DNA of 64,000 nucleotides from a virus, in the IMG/VR virus record IMGVR_UViG_3300025151_003852, positions 64,170 through 128,169 of that record; one strand, given 5' to 3'. Position 1 is the first letter of the stretch; each line of letters begins with the position of its first letter. Under the pieces are notes generated by a model. It searched no databases, was not told the origin of the DNA, and saw nothing but the letters and a program-made list of their open reading frames with translations. This document shows, piece by piece, positions 30,484 through 40,889 of this stretch. Position numbers and translations under genes: made by a program.

Positions 30484-32031
30484 ATGGGAATTAGATCCTT
30501 TAACTCAGTTGGAGGGTTTTCGGTAGCCGAAACGCCCGTTGAGATAATCAGTAATGTGGGTAATGTTACCCCTACTAACTTAGATGTTAGTACTGGACTA
30601 TCTGATCTAGGTGCTATTGGCAATATTACGATTACTGGAGGCTCCGCAAACCAAGCAATTATCACTGATGGTTCAGGTACATTATCATTTGGTGAAGCAG
30701 GCATGTCGGCAAATTCAGCCGCTACTATGCCATATCAAATCAATGCATCTGAATCATATACAGTGGGTGCTAATCTTCAGGGTCTATTTGCAGAAGCAAT
30801 CACAATCGATGGAGAATTAGATGTAGAAGGTATTCTTATCGAAGTAGGCGTCTCTCAAAACGCAGAATCATCACAGATTTATTTTGACAATGCAGGTACA
30901 TTCTATGGTAACACAGGATTTACATTTAATATAAATTCTGGTAATTTAGATGTACCAGGAAATATTAATCCTACTGGAAGTATTATTCCTAGTGCAAATG
31001 TCACATACGATTTAGGATCAGCAAATTATCGTTGGAATGATCTATATCTTGCAGGAACATCTATATTCTTAGGTGGTGGGTCAATAGCAGAAGCCGCAAA
31101 TGGCGCTATGGTCATGACTAACGGTGACGGCGGACAATTTATATTCGATGGTACTGCTGATTTTCATACATATGCAATATCACATGGTAACTCTAATGTA
31201 TCTATAGACACATCAGGTTCAGCAGTCACAATGGGTGTTGCTGGAAATGCTGACGTATTTTCAATGTCAGGCGGTGGTGTCTTAACTACGACAGGTAATG
31301 TCGTACCATTAGGTATTAAAACAGACAATTATTATTATGCAAATGGAGCCGCAATTACTTTTGGTGAATCAGCGGCAGGCTCTGATACACAAGTACAGTT
31401 TAATGACAACGGATCATTTGGTGGATCAGGTAACTTAACATTTGCAGATGCTTCAGGATTACTGACAGCATCAGGCAACGTAGTAGGTAATAACTTTATA
31501 TCTACATCTGGCGATATGCTATTTGGCACAGGTGTCGGACAAGGTACTATATCAGTAGATACAAGTACAACAACAGCCGGTGTATTCACAACCACAATGA
31601 CAGACGTTAATATCGGATTAAATGCTAACGTTGTAATTTGTGGTACAGGCAAAACATTAACAGCACGTGGTAACGTGTCTGCGGACAATTTAAATTCAAC
31701 AACTTTATCAGTTGACGATTTATATAGTAGCAGAACAGCAGTTTCTGTAGGAAGTGCTAATACAACAATTGATACATTTGCCGCATCTTCTTATAGATCA
31801 GCAAAATATACAATTAAGGTTTCGGATAACACGGGTTATCAAGCAATAGAGGTACTTCTTGTACATGACGGTGTAACTCCGATAATGACAGTATACGGTT
31901 CAATATCGACAACAAGTGCAGATTTAATTACATTATCTACTGTAATGTCAGGGACTAATGTATTATTAAGAGCATCACCTGAAAATAGCAGTACTAGTGT
32001 TAATTTAATGGGTACGTATGTCCCAGACTAA
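30484..32031 (+). CDS. Virion structural / fibre protein
   Basis: YDLGS...RW.DLYL motif, GSDTQVQFND repeat, C-terminal IDTF....YRSAKY domain. Confidence 0.7.
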   Translation: MGIRSFNSVGGFSVAETPVEIISNVGNVTPTNLDVSTGLSDLGAIGNITITGGSANQAIITDGSGTLSFGEAGMSANSAATMPYQINASESYTVGANLQGLFAEAITIDGELDVEGILIEVGVSQNAESSQIYFDNAGTFYGNTGFTFNINSGNLDVPGNINPTGSIIPSANVTYDLGSANYRWNDLYLAGTSIFLGGGSIAEAANGAMVMTNGDGGQFIFDGTADFHTYAISHGNSNVSIDTSGSAVTMGVAGNADVFSMSGGGVLTTTGNVVPLGIKTDNYYYANGAAITFGESAAGSDTQVQFNDNGSFGGSGNLTFADASGLLTASGNVVGNNFISTSGDMLFGTGVGQGTISVDTSTTTAGVFTTTMTDVNIGLNANVVICGTGKTLTARGNVSADNLNSTTLSVDDLYSSRTAVSVGSANTTIDTFAASSYRSAKYTIKVSDNTGYQAIEVLLVHDGVTPIMTVYGSISTTSADLITLSTVMSGTNVLLRASPENSSTSVNLMGTYVPD

Positions 32032-32105
32032 AAATCAAGTCGGGAAATAACGATAAATAGAATTATGCTCAAAAGGCAAATTTAACTATAATAGGGTAAT
32101 AGGAA

Positions 32106-35100
32106 ATGTTAATATTAAAACAAAATACGGCGGCATCAGTCCCCACCCCGGCTGCGGGAAAAGGTACAATCTTCTTAAGTGATTCAGATGTACTGTCAGT
32201 CAAAAAGAGTTCAGGAAGTGTTGAATCGTTTCCAACAGTAAGCGGTTCAAATACGCAGGTCTTCTTCAATGATGACAATGCAATTAATGGTGATGCAAAC
32301 TTTACGTTTGATAAAGCCACTGATGTATTAACAGTCACAGGAAACGTTGCGGCGACTAGAGTTTTAACAGATAATCTTTTATATGCTAATGGAGTTGCAT
32401 GGGACTTGCAACAGCCAGCAGGTTCAAATACACAAGTTATCTTCAATGATGAAGGTGATTTTGGTGCAGACTCAACATTTACATTTGACAAAGTTACAGA
32501 TACCCTATCATCAACTAATGTTGTTGCAACTGCATTAACAGGTGAATTACAAACTGCATCTCAAACTAATATTACAAGTGTTGGCACCCTAACAGCACTA
32601 GCAGTAACAGGTAATTCAGACGCCGGAAACCTTAACGCAACTAACACAATAAGTGGTACAGATTTAAGTATTTCAGGAAACGGAGTAATTGGTGGAAACT
32701 TAACAGTTAACGGAGATTTAACTTACGTCAACGTAAGTTCTTTCGATGTCGAAGATCCAATTATCACAATGGGAGGTGGCCCAAACGGAGCGGCTCCTAC
32801 TTCAGATGACGGTAAAGATCGTGGTACAGCATTACAATATTATGACGGTGGTGCAATTGTAGGATTCATGGGTTGGGACAACTCAGGATCAGAGTTTATC
32901 TTCGGTGCTGATGTTACTAACACAGACGAAGTAATCTCAGTTAATACATATGGTAACGTTCATGGTAACGTATTCATTGGTTCAGGTGCTGGATTATCAG
33001 CAATCGCCGGTGCAAACGTTACAGGCACAGTAGCAAACGCAACTTATGCAGTATCAGCGGGTACAGTCGAAACTGCCGCACAACCAAACATTACTAGTGT
33101 TGGTACATTAACAAGTGTTGTTGGTGGAGAAGGTTCTGCATCAGATTTCGGAAACGCAACAGCAATATTCGGCAAAGACAACACAGGTTCATCATTAGGT
33201 GATAACATCGGTGTTGTTGGTGAAGCCGCGGCAAACTCAACAGCAGGCATCAATGGTATCGGTGTATATGGTTATGGTGCAACAAACGGATCAGATAAAG
33301 GTACTGGTGTTTATGGACAAGGTGTCATAGGAGACACTAATGACACTGGAGCGGCAGTAGGTGTACGAGGTACAACAGCCGGAGTACATGCTAGTGGTAT
33401 GAACGTAGGTTTATATGGTCTTGCTTCTGGTTCAAGTGTTTCTAACTATTCTTTGTATCTTGTACAAGGTAGCATCGGAACTATAGAAAACCCAATTACA
33501 TGGGAAGTTGCAGACAACGAAGCAGGCGCATTAAGATGGAGTTCAGCAGGTAAAGCAAACATCTTTATGATCGAATCTACTGATAATGCTGAAGGTATTT
33601 CAACAACAGGTTACTTAAACGTAACAGGTAATATTACTGCAACAGCAGGTATTAAAACAGACAACTATTATTATGCAAACGGAGCACCAGTTGACTTTCA
33701 ACAGCCAGCAGGTTCAAATACAGAAGTTATCTTTAATGATGGCGGAGACTTCGGAGCAGATTCAACATTTACATTTGACAAAGACACTAATGTCTTGTCA
33801 GCATCAACAGTAACAGCAACAACGTTAAACGGTACTTTAGGTACTGCATCGCAAACTAACATTACTTCAGTAGGAACATTAGGTTCACTATCTGTTACAG
33901 GTAATGTTGGCGCAGGTAATGTTAATGGCACAGGTGGTGTATTCACATACGTATCAGGAGATGGTGCTAACTTATCATCAACTGCTGGTGCAAACGTAAC
34001 TGGTGAAGTATCATTCGCCGCAACAGCAAACGCAGTCGCAGGTGGAAACGTATCAGGCGCAGTTGCATTAGCAACAAGTGCAACATCAGCAAATGCAGTA
34101 GCAGGCGCTAATGTAACTGGTGAAGTAGACTTTGCGGCAACAGCAAATGCTGTAGCAGGCGCAAACGTTTCTGGTACAGTTGCTCTTGCTTCAGTAGCAG
34201 GAACAGTATCAGGAGCCGCACAAGCAAACATTACATCATTAGGTACATTAACCGGCTTAGGTGTTAACGGAACAATCACTGCTTCAGCAATCACAGCAAA
34301 TACAGGAGTGTTTACAGGTGATGCAGGTGGTTTATCAAACGTAGTCGGCGCTAACGTAACAGGTACAGTATCAAGTGCTACAACAGCAGGTACTGTAACA
34401 ACAGCCGCACAACCTAATATTACTTCAGTAGGAACTTTAAGTTCTGTAACAACTTCTGGTAATGTTGATACAACAGCAAACGTTGTAACTGATGATATTA
34501 TTGGTAAAACAGGCGGAGTTACAATTACAGCAATCGGCGCAGATCAGCCTATCTCATTAGTAACAACAGGAACAGGTTCAGTTGATGTAAACTCAGCAAG
34601 AATTACAGAACTAGCAACACCAACAGCCGCAACAGATGCCGCAACAAAAGCATATGTTGACAGTGTTGCAGAAGGCTTACATGTACATGAGTCTTGTGAA
34701 GTTGCAACTACAGGAACACTTACATCTATCACAGGTGGAACAATCACTTATGATAACGGAACAGCAGGTGTTGGCGCAACATTAACAACATCTTCTGGTA
34801 ACTTTGATACAATTGACGGACAATCATTCTCAAACGGAGAAAGAATTCTTGTTAAAGATGAATCAACAGCCGCAAACAATGGTATTTACGTTAAAACATC
34901 ATCTACAGTTCTAACAAGAGCAGATGATTTTGACACACCAACTGAAATGGCAGGTGGAGACTTCACATTCGTATCAACAGGTACACAATACAATGATACA
35001 GGTTGGGTAATGACTGATGCAGTAGCAACAGTTGGTACTAATGCAGTAAGTTTTGTTCAGTTCTCAGGTGCTGGTACATTCACAGCAGGTGCAGGCCTTA

Positions 35101-36290
35101 CATTAACTGGCTCAGAGTTCTCTATTACAAATACAGCAGTCTCAGCCGCATCATATGGTAACGGTACTCATAATGCAACATTCACTGTTAATAGTAGAGG
35201 TCAATTAACAGCGGCGGCTAACGTTGAAATTACTGCAGGCGCAGGTTCATTGACTGGTACAGTTCTTAATTCAAGTGTTGTAGATTCATCACTGACATCA
35301 GTTGGCACAATTGATACAGGTGTATGGCAAGGTACAGCAATTGGAGCGGCGTACGTTTCAACTCTTAACCAAAACACAACAGGTTATGCCGCAACTGTTT
35401 CAAGTGCCGCACAACCTAACATTACTTCTGTTGGTACACTAACAGGATTAACAGTATCATCTACAATTTCTGGTTCAATTGACGGATCAGCCGCATCTGC
35501 TACAACAGCAGGTAGTGTAGATAACTCTGTTACATTTAACAACAGCGGTTCAGGTGCAGCCTCAGGAACAACTTATAACGGTGGTACAGCAAGAACTATA
35601 TCTTATAACTCAGTTGGTGCGCCAAGCACAACTGGTACAAACGCATCAGGTACTTGGGGTATTAATGTTTCAGGTTCAGCAGGAAGTGCAGGATCAGCAA
35701 CAACTGCTGGTACTGTAACAACAGCGGCTCAACCAAACATCACTTCAGTCGGTACTTTAGGCTCATTAACAGTATCAGGTACTACTAACAGCGGAACATT
35801 ACAGTCACAAACATTGACATCAGGTTCAAACTCAACAGCAGGTGAAATTATCGGTGACTGGACTTTATCTAGTGGATCAACACTTAACGCAACATATGCT
35901 GACTTGGCGGAGAAATACACAGCAGACTCAGACTATGAGCCTGGCACAGTTGTAGTATTCGGCGGTGATGCAGAATTGTCAGTAACAGGTCAACATGCAT
36001 CGCATACTGTTGCAGGTATCGTTACAACTAATCCTGCTCAAGTCTATAACGCAGAATGTACTGCAGGCGAAGGCGAATTTGTTGTAGAATTAGCATTGAT
36101 CGGACGTGTACCGTGTAAAGTAATCGGTCCTGTTATGAAAGGTGATCTAATTGTTACTTCTGAAAATGCAGGATATGGATGTGCAGGTGACCCTGAAAAC
36201 ATCAAGCCTGGTACTATCATCGGTAAAGCAATCTCAGATTTCAACGATGGTTTAGACGGCGTAGTCGAAGTACTAGTAGGCAAAAACTAA
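32106..36290 (+). CDS. Long tail fibre protein with C-terminal intramolecular chaperone-like domain, 1394 aa
   Basis: AAQPNITSVGTL repeats; C-terminal ADLAEKY..D..YEPGTVVVFGG...ALIGRVPCKV.G...KGD.....IIGKA. Confidence 0.78.
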   Translation: MLILKQNTAASVPTPAAGKGTIFLSDSDVLSVKKSSGSVESFPTVSGSNTQVFFNDDNAINGDANFTFDKATDVLTVTGNVAATRVLTDNLLYANGVAWDLQQPAGSNTQVIFNDEGDFGADSTFTFDKVTDTLSSTNVVATALTGELQTASQTNITSVGTLTALAVTGNSDAGNLNATNTISGTDLSISGNGVIGGNLTVNGDLTYVNVSSFDVEDPIITMGGGPNGAAPTSDDGKDRGTALQYYDGGAIVGFMGWDNSGSEFIFGADVTNTDEVISVNTYGNVHGNVFIGSGAGLSAIAGANVTGTVANATYAVSAGTVETAAQPNITSVGTLTSVVGGEGSASDFGNATAIFGKDNTGSSLGDNIGVVGEAAANSTAGINGIGVYGYGATNGSDKGTGVYGQGVIGDTNDTGAAVGVRGTTAGVHASGMNVGLYGLASGSSVSNYSLYLVQGSIGTIENPITWEVADNEAGALRWSSAGKANIFMIESTDNAEGISTTGYLNVTGNITATAGIKTDNYYYANGAPVDFQQPAGSNTEVIFNDGGDFGADSTFTFDKDTNVLSASTVTATTLNGTLGTASQTNITSVGTLGSLSVTGNVGAGNVNGTGGVFTYVSGDGANLSSTAGANVTGEVSFAATANAVAGGNVSGAVALATSATSANAVAGANVTGEVDFAATANAVAGANVSGTVALASVAGTVSGAAQANITSLGTLTGLGVNGTITASAITANTGVFTGDAGGLSNVVGANVTGTVSSATTAGTVTTAAQPNITSVGTLSSVTTSGNVDTTANVVTDDIIGKTGGVTITAIGADQPISLVTTGTGSVDVNSARITELATPTAATDAATKAYVDSVAEGLHVHESCEVATTGTLTSITGGTITYDNGTAGVGATLTTSSGNFDTIDGQSFSNGERILVKDESTAANNGIYVKTSSTVLTRADDFDTPTEMAGGDFTFVSTGTQYNDTGWVMTDAVATVGTNAVSFVQFSGAGTFTAGAGLTLTGSEFSITNTAVSAASYGNGTHNATFTVNSRGQLTAAANVEITAGAGSLTGTVLNSSVVDSSLTSVGTIDTGVWQGTAIGAAYVSTLNQNTTGYAATVSSAAQPNITSVGTLTGLTVSSTISGSIDGSAASATTAGSVDNSVTFNNSGSGAASGTTYNGGTARTISYNSVGAPSTTGTNASGTWGINVSGSAGSAGSATTAGTVTTAAQPNITSVGTLGSLTVSGTTNSGTLQSQTLTSGSNSTAGEIIGDWTLSSGSTLNATYADLAEKYTADSDYEPGTVVVFGGDAELSVTGQHASHTVAGIVTTNPAQVYNAECTAGEGEFVVELALIGRVPCKVIGPVMKGDLIVTSENAGYGCAGDPENIKPGTIIGKAISDFNDGLDGVVEVLVGKN

Positions 36291-36332
36291 TTCTAACTAC
36301 CTTAGAATCGTTAAGTCACACTTAACATGTAG

Positions 36333-36354
36333 AGAGAGTCGAAAGACTCTCTTT
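36333..36354 (+). terminator. Terminator-like hairpin after fibre operon
   Basis: AGAGAGTC-GAAA-GACTCTCT-TT; two more small hairpins at 36291-36326. Confidence 0.6.
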
Positions 36355-36401
36355 CCATATATGGAATTTGTTCGACAACCTGATTTAAGATAAGTAGATA
36401 T

Positions 36402-36839
36402 ATGAATACTTTTACGATGAGTTTCGATACTCGGCTGGCCGAATGGTATCAATTGCGTGAATCACTAAAAGATTCAGATTTAGAAAAAATATGTATAGAC
36501 GTAGATAAATTTTGGCAACAATGTCCACTAAATAACTATTATCTACATCCACATGATATAAAAGATTGGCCCAATCCATGGCAACTCTTACAAGATAATC
36601 ATTACTGTTTTTATGCACGTGCATTGGGTAACATATATACTTTGGCAATATTGGGCATAAAAGGTGTTGACTTAGTATCAGCAATAGATTATACTGATAC
36701 AGAAGTAGTATTAGTCCTAGTAGACAACGCAAAGTATGTGTTGAATTACTGGCCGGACTCTGTAGTAAATACAGTGCTGTCGGATTTTAAGAATGTCAAG
36801 CATATTGACATAGAACCGTTGTATAACAAAATAAATTAG
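36402..36839 (+). CDS. Hypothetical protein upstream of nrdA
   Basis: RL..W..LR, WP.PW.L..DN.YC; GATAAGTA 5 nt upstream of the ATG. Confidence 0.7.
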   Translation: MNTFTMSFDTRLAEWYQLRESLKDSDLEKICIDVDKFWQQCPLNNYYLHPHDIKDWPNPWQLLQDNHYCFYARALGNIYTLAILGIKGVDLVSAIDYTDTEVVLVLVDNAKYVLNYWPDSVVNTVLSDFKNVKHIDIEPLYNKIN

Positions 36840-36846
36840 GTAAAGA

Positions 36847-39180
36847 ATGAACATTAAAGTCACTAAAAGATCAGGAAAGGTAGTAGAATTACAACTAGAA
36901 AAGTGGCAAGCACAAGTAGCAAAAGTATGTGAGGGAGTATCAGATGTATCACAATCGATGATTGAAATTACATCGCAACCACACTTCTTTGATGGTATCA
37001 CTACAAGAGAAATTGATGAACTCACACTACGTGCTATCGTTGATTTGATTGATGAAGAACAAGCACCCGAAACAGGACACACCAATTATCAGTTTGTTGC
37101 AGGCAAGCAACGTCTATCTATGTTACGTAAAGATGTATATGGAGACTATCAACCTCCTCATCTATATGAGATTGTTAAGAAGAATATAGAAGCAGGTTTA
37201 TATACTACAGACTTGCTTGAATGGTATTCTGAAGATGATTGGAACAAAATGGAAAAGATCATCAACCATGAGAAAGATGAAAATCTATCTTATGCCGCTA
37301 TCGAACAAATGATAGGTAAATATCTAGTCAGAAATAGATCAACAGGGCAGATATACGAAACTCCGCAAGTTAGATATATGGTTGCGGCCGCAACAGTATT
37401 TCATAAAGAAGAACCTTTATCAGCAAGAATGAAATATATTAAAGAATATTATAACTGTGCTAGTGATGGGTTATTTACACTAGCAACTCCTGTACTTGCT
37501 GGATTAGGAACACCTACTAAACAGTTCAGTTCTTGTGTATTAATTAAAAGTGATGATGACTTAGATAGTATCTTTGCATCAGGTGAAATGATGGCTAAGT
37601 ATGCTAGTAAACGTGCTGGCATAGGTCTTGAAATAGGTCGTTTAAGACCCCTAGGAGCGCCTATAAGAGGCGGAGAGATCATGCATACGGGAATGATACC
37701 CTTCTTAAAGAAGTGGTTCGGAGACTTACGTTCATGCTCACAAGGTGGCATTCGTAATGCTAGTGCTACAGTCTTTTATCCTATTTGGCATCATCAATTT
37801 GATGATTTAATCGTACTAAAGAACAATCAAGGTACTGAAGAAACAAGAGTAAGACATATGGATTATGGCGTATGTCTTAATGCATTCTTTTGGAAACGTT
37901 TTAAAAACAAAGAAAACATTACATTCTTTGATCCAAACGAAGTGCCTGATTTGTATGAAGCATTCTATTCAGATACTGCTAAATTTGAGGAACTGTATCT
38001 CAAATATGAAAGGTCCCGTAGCCTCAGTAAGAAAGTAATGTCAGCAGAAGAAGTATTTAAATCTGGTGTATTAAAAGAAAGAACAGATACAGGAAGAATT
38101 TACTTAGTGTATGTAGACAACGTATCTAACCAAGGTCCGTTTGATACTACTGAACATCCAATTTATCAAAGCAATCTATGTTGTGAGATATTATTACCTA
38201 CAAAGCCTTTTAAACGTTTAGATGACGATGAGGGACGTATTGCATTGTGTACATTGGGATCGATCAACTGGGGAGCATTCAGAAACCCTGAGGACATGCG
38301 TAGAGCATGTCGTGTACTACAACGTAGTTTGTGTAATATCTTAGATTACCAAGATTTCTTATCGATTCAGAGTCAATTAAGCAATGATGAAATACAACCT
38401 TTGGGTATTGGTGTTACTAATTTAGCATATTGGCATGCAAAACGTGACTACATATATGGTGACAAAGATGCATTACAAGATGTTAAAACTTGGATGGAAC
38501 ATCAAGCATTTTTCTTAACAGAAGCAACAGTAGAACTAGCAAAAGAAAGAGGCAAATGTTTAGATAGTGATAAGACATGGTATGGTAAAGGCAAATTCCC
38601 TTGGGAACGTAGAGCAAAGGGTGTTAATAAACTAGCAAACTTTAAGCCAGAGTGTGATTGGGAATCATTAAGAAAAGAAATGAAAGAACATGGTGTCAGA
38701 AATGCGACTCTGATGGCAATTGCTCCAGTAGAATCATCTAGTGTAGTTATTAATTCTACAAACGGCATCGAAATGCCAATGAGTTTAATCTCTGTTAAAG
38801 AAAGTAAAGCAGGATCATTAACACAAGTAGTACCAGACTATCATATCAAACGTGTAAGAAACTCTTATCAATTGATGTGGGAACAACAAGATTGTGATGC
38901 ATATTTAAAGACTGCGGCAGTACTAGCGGCTTATGTTGATCAAAGTATATCAACAAATACATTTTACAATCCAGCACATTTTAAAGATCAGAAAGTGCCT
39001 ACGACACTGATCGCAAAGAACTTAATGCAGGCACATCAATGGGGACTTAAGACTTTTTATTATTCTTTAATAAATAAAGCAGGAGTCAAAAGACAAGACG
39101 AACAAATAGTAGAAATAGCAAAACAATACATTGACGAGCCAGCATTTGATGATGATGACTGTGAAGCATGTAAGTTATAA
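36847..39180 (+). CDS. nrdA: Ribonucleotide reductase class Ia alpha subunit
   Basis: ATP-cone VTKRSG, FSSCVL, QSNLCCEI, ALCTL, KTFYY, C-terminal CEACKL; uninterrupted. Confidence 0.97.
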   Translation: MNIKVTKRSGKVVELQLEKWQAQVAKVCEGVSDVSQSMIEITSQPHFFDGITTREIDELTLRAIVDLIDEEQAPETGHTNYQFVAGKQRLSMLRKDVYGDYQPPHLYEIVKKNIEAGLYTTDLLEWYSEDDWNKMEKIINHEKDENLSYAAIEQMIGKYLVRNRSTGQIYETPQVRYMVAAATVFHKEEPLSARMKYIKEYYNCASDGLFTLATPVLAGLGTPTKQFSSCVLIKSDDDLDSIFASGEMMAKYASKRAGIGLEIGRLRPLGAPIRGGEIMHTGMIPFLKKWFGDLRSCSQGGIRNASATVFYPIWHHQFDDLIVLKNNQGTEETRVRHMDYGVCLNAFFWKRFKNKENITFFDPNEVPDLYEAFYSDTAKFEELYLKYERSRSLSKKVMSAEEVFKSGVLKERTDTGRIYLVYVDNVSNQGPFDTTEHPIYQSNLCCEILLPTKPFKRLDDDEGRIALCTLGSINWGAFRNPEDMRRACRVLQRSLCNILDYQDFLSIQSQLSNDEIQPLGIGVTNLAYWHAKRDYIYGDKDALQDVKTWMEHQAFFLTEATVELAKERGKCLDSDKTWYGKGKFPWERRAKGVNKLANFKPECDWESLRKEMKEHGVRNATLMAIAPVESSSVVINSTNGIEMPMSLISVKESKAGSLTQVVPDYHIKRVRNSYQLMWEQQDCDAYLKTAAVLAAYVDQSISTNTFYNPAHFKDQKVPTTLIAKNLMQAHQWGLKTFYYSLINKAGVKRQDEQIVEIAKQYIDEPAFDDDDCEACKL

Positions 39181-39189
39181 GGGTTAATT

Positions 39190-40290
39190 ATGAGTAAAGA
39201 ACAATACGATTTAGCAAAACAAACAAATTATTTAGATAGCACTATGTTTTTAGATCCATCGGGTCCTGTAACTATCCAAAGATTTGAAGAAGTAAAATAT
39301 GATAAGATAGCAAACTTTGAAGAAACTGCTAGAGGTTTCTTTTGGATACCAGAAGAAATTAGTTTAACAAAGGACGCATCTGATTTTAAAGATGCTAGTG
39401 ATGCGGTTAAACATATTTTTACTGCTAATCTATTAAGGCAGACTGCATTAGATAGTTTACAAGGTAGAGGCCCTGCACAAGTTTTTACTCCTGTAGTAAG
39501 TCTACCTGAAGTAGAAGCATTATGCTACAATTGGTCTTTCTTTGAAACTAACATTCACTCACGTTCTTATAGTCACATCATTAGAAACATCTACAACGTA
39601 CCTAAGGACATATTTGACACTATCCATGATACTAAAGAAATCGCAGATATGGCATCTAGTGTAGGTGAGTACTATGAAGCACTACATCAAATTAATTGCA
39701 AAAAAGAAATGGGTCATAAGATTGACGAGTATGAGCATATTAAAGCAATTTGGATGGCACTACATGCAAGTTATGCCTTAGAAGCATTAAGATTTATGGT
39801 ATCGTTTGCTACATCATTAGCAATGGTAGAAAACAAAATTTTTATTGGTAATGGCAATATCATTTCATTGATTTTACAAGATGAATTGCTACATAAAGGT
39901 TGGACAGGTTGGATCATCAATCAAGTAGTAAAAGAAGACAAACGATTCTTAAAAGCACAAAAAGACTGTGAACAAGAAGTATATGCTATGTATATGGACG
40001 TGATCAGAGAAGAAAAAGAATGGGCTGATTACTTGTTTCAGAAAGGTCCTGTGATCGGTTTGAACGCAAACATTCTTAAAGAATTTGTAGACTACACAGC
40101 ATTAGAATCACTTAAAGCAATCGGTATAAAATATAATGAGCCTGCACCAAAAGCAAGTCCTATCCCGTGGTTTAATAAGCACAGTGATACTAGCAAAAAG
40201 CAAACAGCATTACAAGAAAATGAATCGACTAACTATGTAATAGGCGTCATGTCAGAATCACTAGATTATGATGCTTTACCTGAGTTATAA
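39190..40290 (+). CDS. nrdB: Ribonucleotide reductase class Ia beta subunit
   Basis: FFW.PEE, LDSLQGR, ETNIHSRSY (radical Tyr), LEALRF, DELLH. Confidence 0.96.
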   Translation: MSKEQYDLAKQTNYLDSTMFLDPSGPVTIQRFEEVKYDKIANFEETARGFFWIPEEISLTKDASDFKDASDAVKHIFTANLLRQTALDSLQGRGPAQVFTPVVSLPEVEALCYNWSFFETNIHSRSYSHIIRNIYNVPKDIFDTIHDTKEIADMASSVGEYYEALHQINCKKEMGHKIDEYEHIKAIWMALHASYALEALRFMVSFATSLAMVENKIFIGNGNIISLILQDELLHKGWTGWIINQVVKEDKRFLKAQKDCEQEVYAMYMDVIREEKEWADYLFQKGPVIGLNANILKEFVDYTALESLKAIGIKYNEPAPKASPIPWFNKHSDTSKKQTALQENESTNYVIGVMSESLDYDALPEL

Positions 40291-40353
40291 AATTTATTTG
40301 CTGTAACAAATCGTATTAAATATACTACATATAACATTTAACTAGGAGAAAGA

Positions 40354-40578
40354 ATGAAAGCCATTGTATGGAGCAAAGATAATTGCACTTATTGTGATCA
40401 AGCAAAGAAACTATTAGAATCAAAAGGTGTTGACTTTGAAGAAAAAAAGATCGGACACGGATATACTTTAGAAGACTTACTAGCAGTTGTGCCTAATGCA
40501 CGTACTGCACCACAAATCTTTTTAGATGAAGATTACGTTGGCGGATTTACTGAACTTAAACAAAAATTGGAGTCATAA
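40354..40578 (+). CDS. Glutaredoxin
   Basis: CTYC, RTAPQIF, VGGF. Confidence 0.92.
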   Translation: MKAIVWSKDNCTYCDQAKKLLESKGVDFEEKKIGHGYTLEDLLAVVPNARTAPQIFLDEDYVGGFTELKQKLES

Positions 40579-40883
40579 TGAGTGATATAATTAAATTAGG
40601 ACAGGTCTACTCTTTTAAACTAAACAGTGGGGAAGAAGTAGTATCTAAAGTAGTAGGGAATGAAGATGGATTTTTTGAACTTGAAGATCCAGTATCTCTT
40701 GCACCCAGTCAGACTGGCATGGCGCTGATCCCTAGTATATTTTCTGCATCAACCGCCGAAAATCCAAGACTAAATACTAATAGTGTTTCTCTTATTGCTG
40801 TTACAGCAGACGAAGTTAAAGACAAATATAGAGAGGCGACAACCGGCGTAACGGTACCGGAGAAAAAAATATTAGTAGGGTAA
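40578..40883 (+). CDS. Hypothetical protein (Sm-like fold, T4-like phage family)
   Basis: FKL.SGEEV..K pattern with a C-terminal T.G...P. Confidence 0.55.
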   Translation: MSDIIKLGQVYSFKLNSGEEVVSKVVGNEDGFFELEDPVSLAPSQTGMALIPSIFSASTAENPRLNTNSVSLIAVTADEVKDKYREATTGVTVPEKKILVG

Positions 40884-40889
40884 AATTAC

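Noticed and set aside
28610-35120. Duplicated fibre segments as a DGR template/variable repeat pair
   Set aside because: Differences are not adenine-specific, both copies are coding and internal, and no reverse transcriptase is in the window
23522-36283. Many minus-strand ORFs (60-205 aa) across the fibre genes
   Set aside because: Antisense shadows of Gly/Thr/Ala-rich repetitive coding sequence; no RBS or recognisable domains
36847-40290. Introns, inteins or a metal-free variant in nrdA/nrdB
   Set aside because: Both ORFs are continuous and of normal length; NrdB retains the di-iron ligands and radical tyrosine
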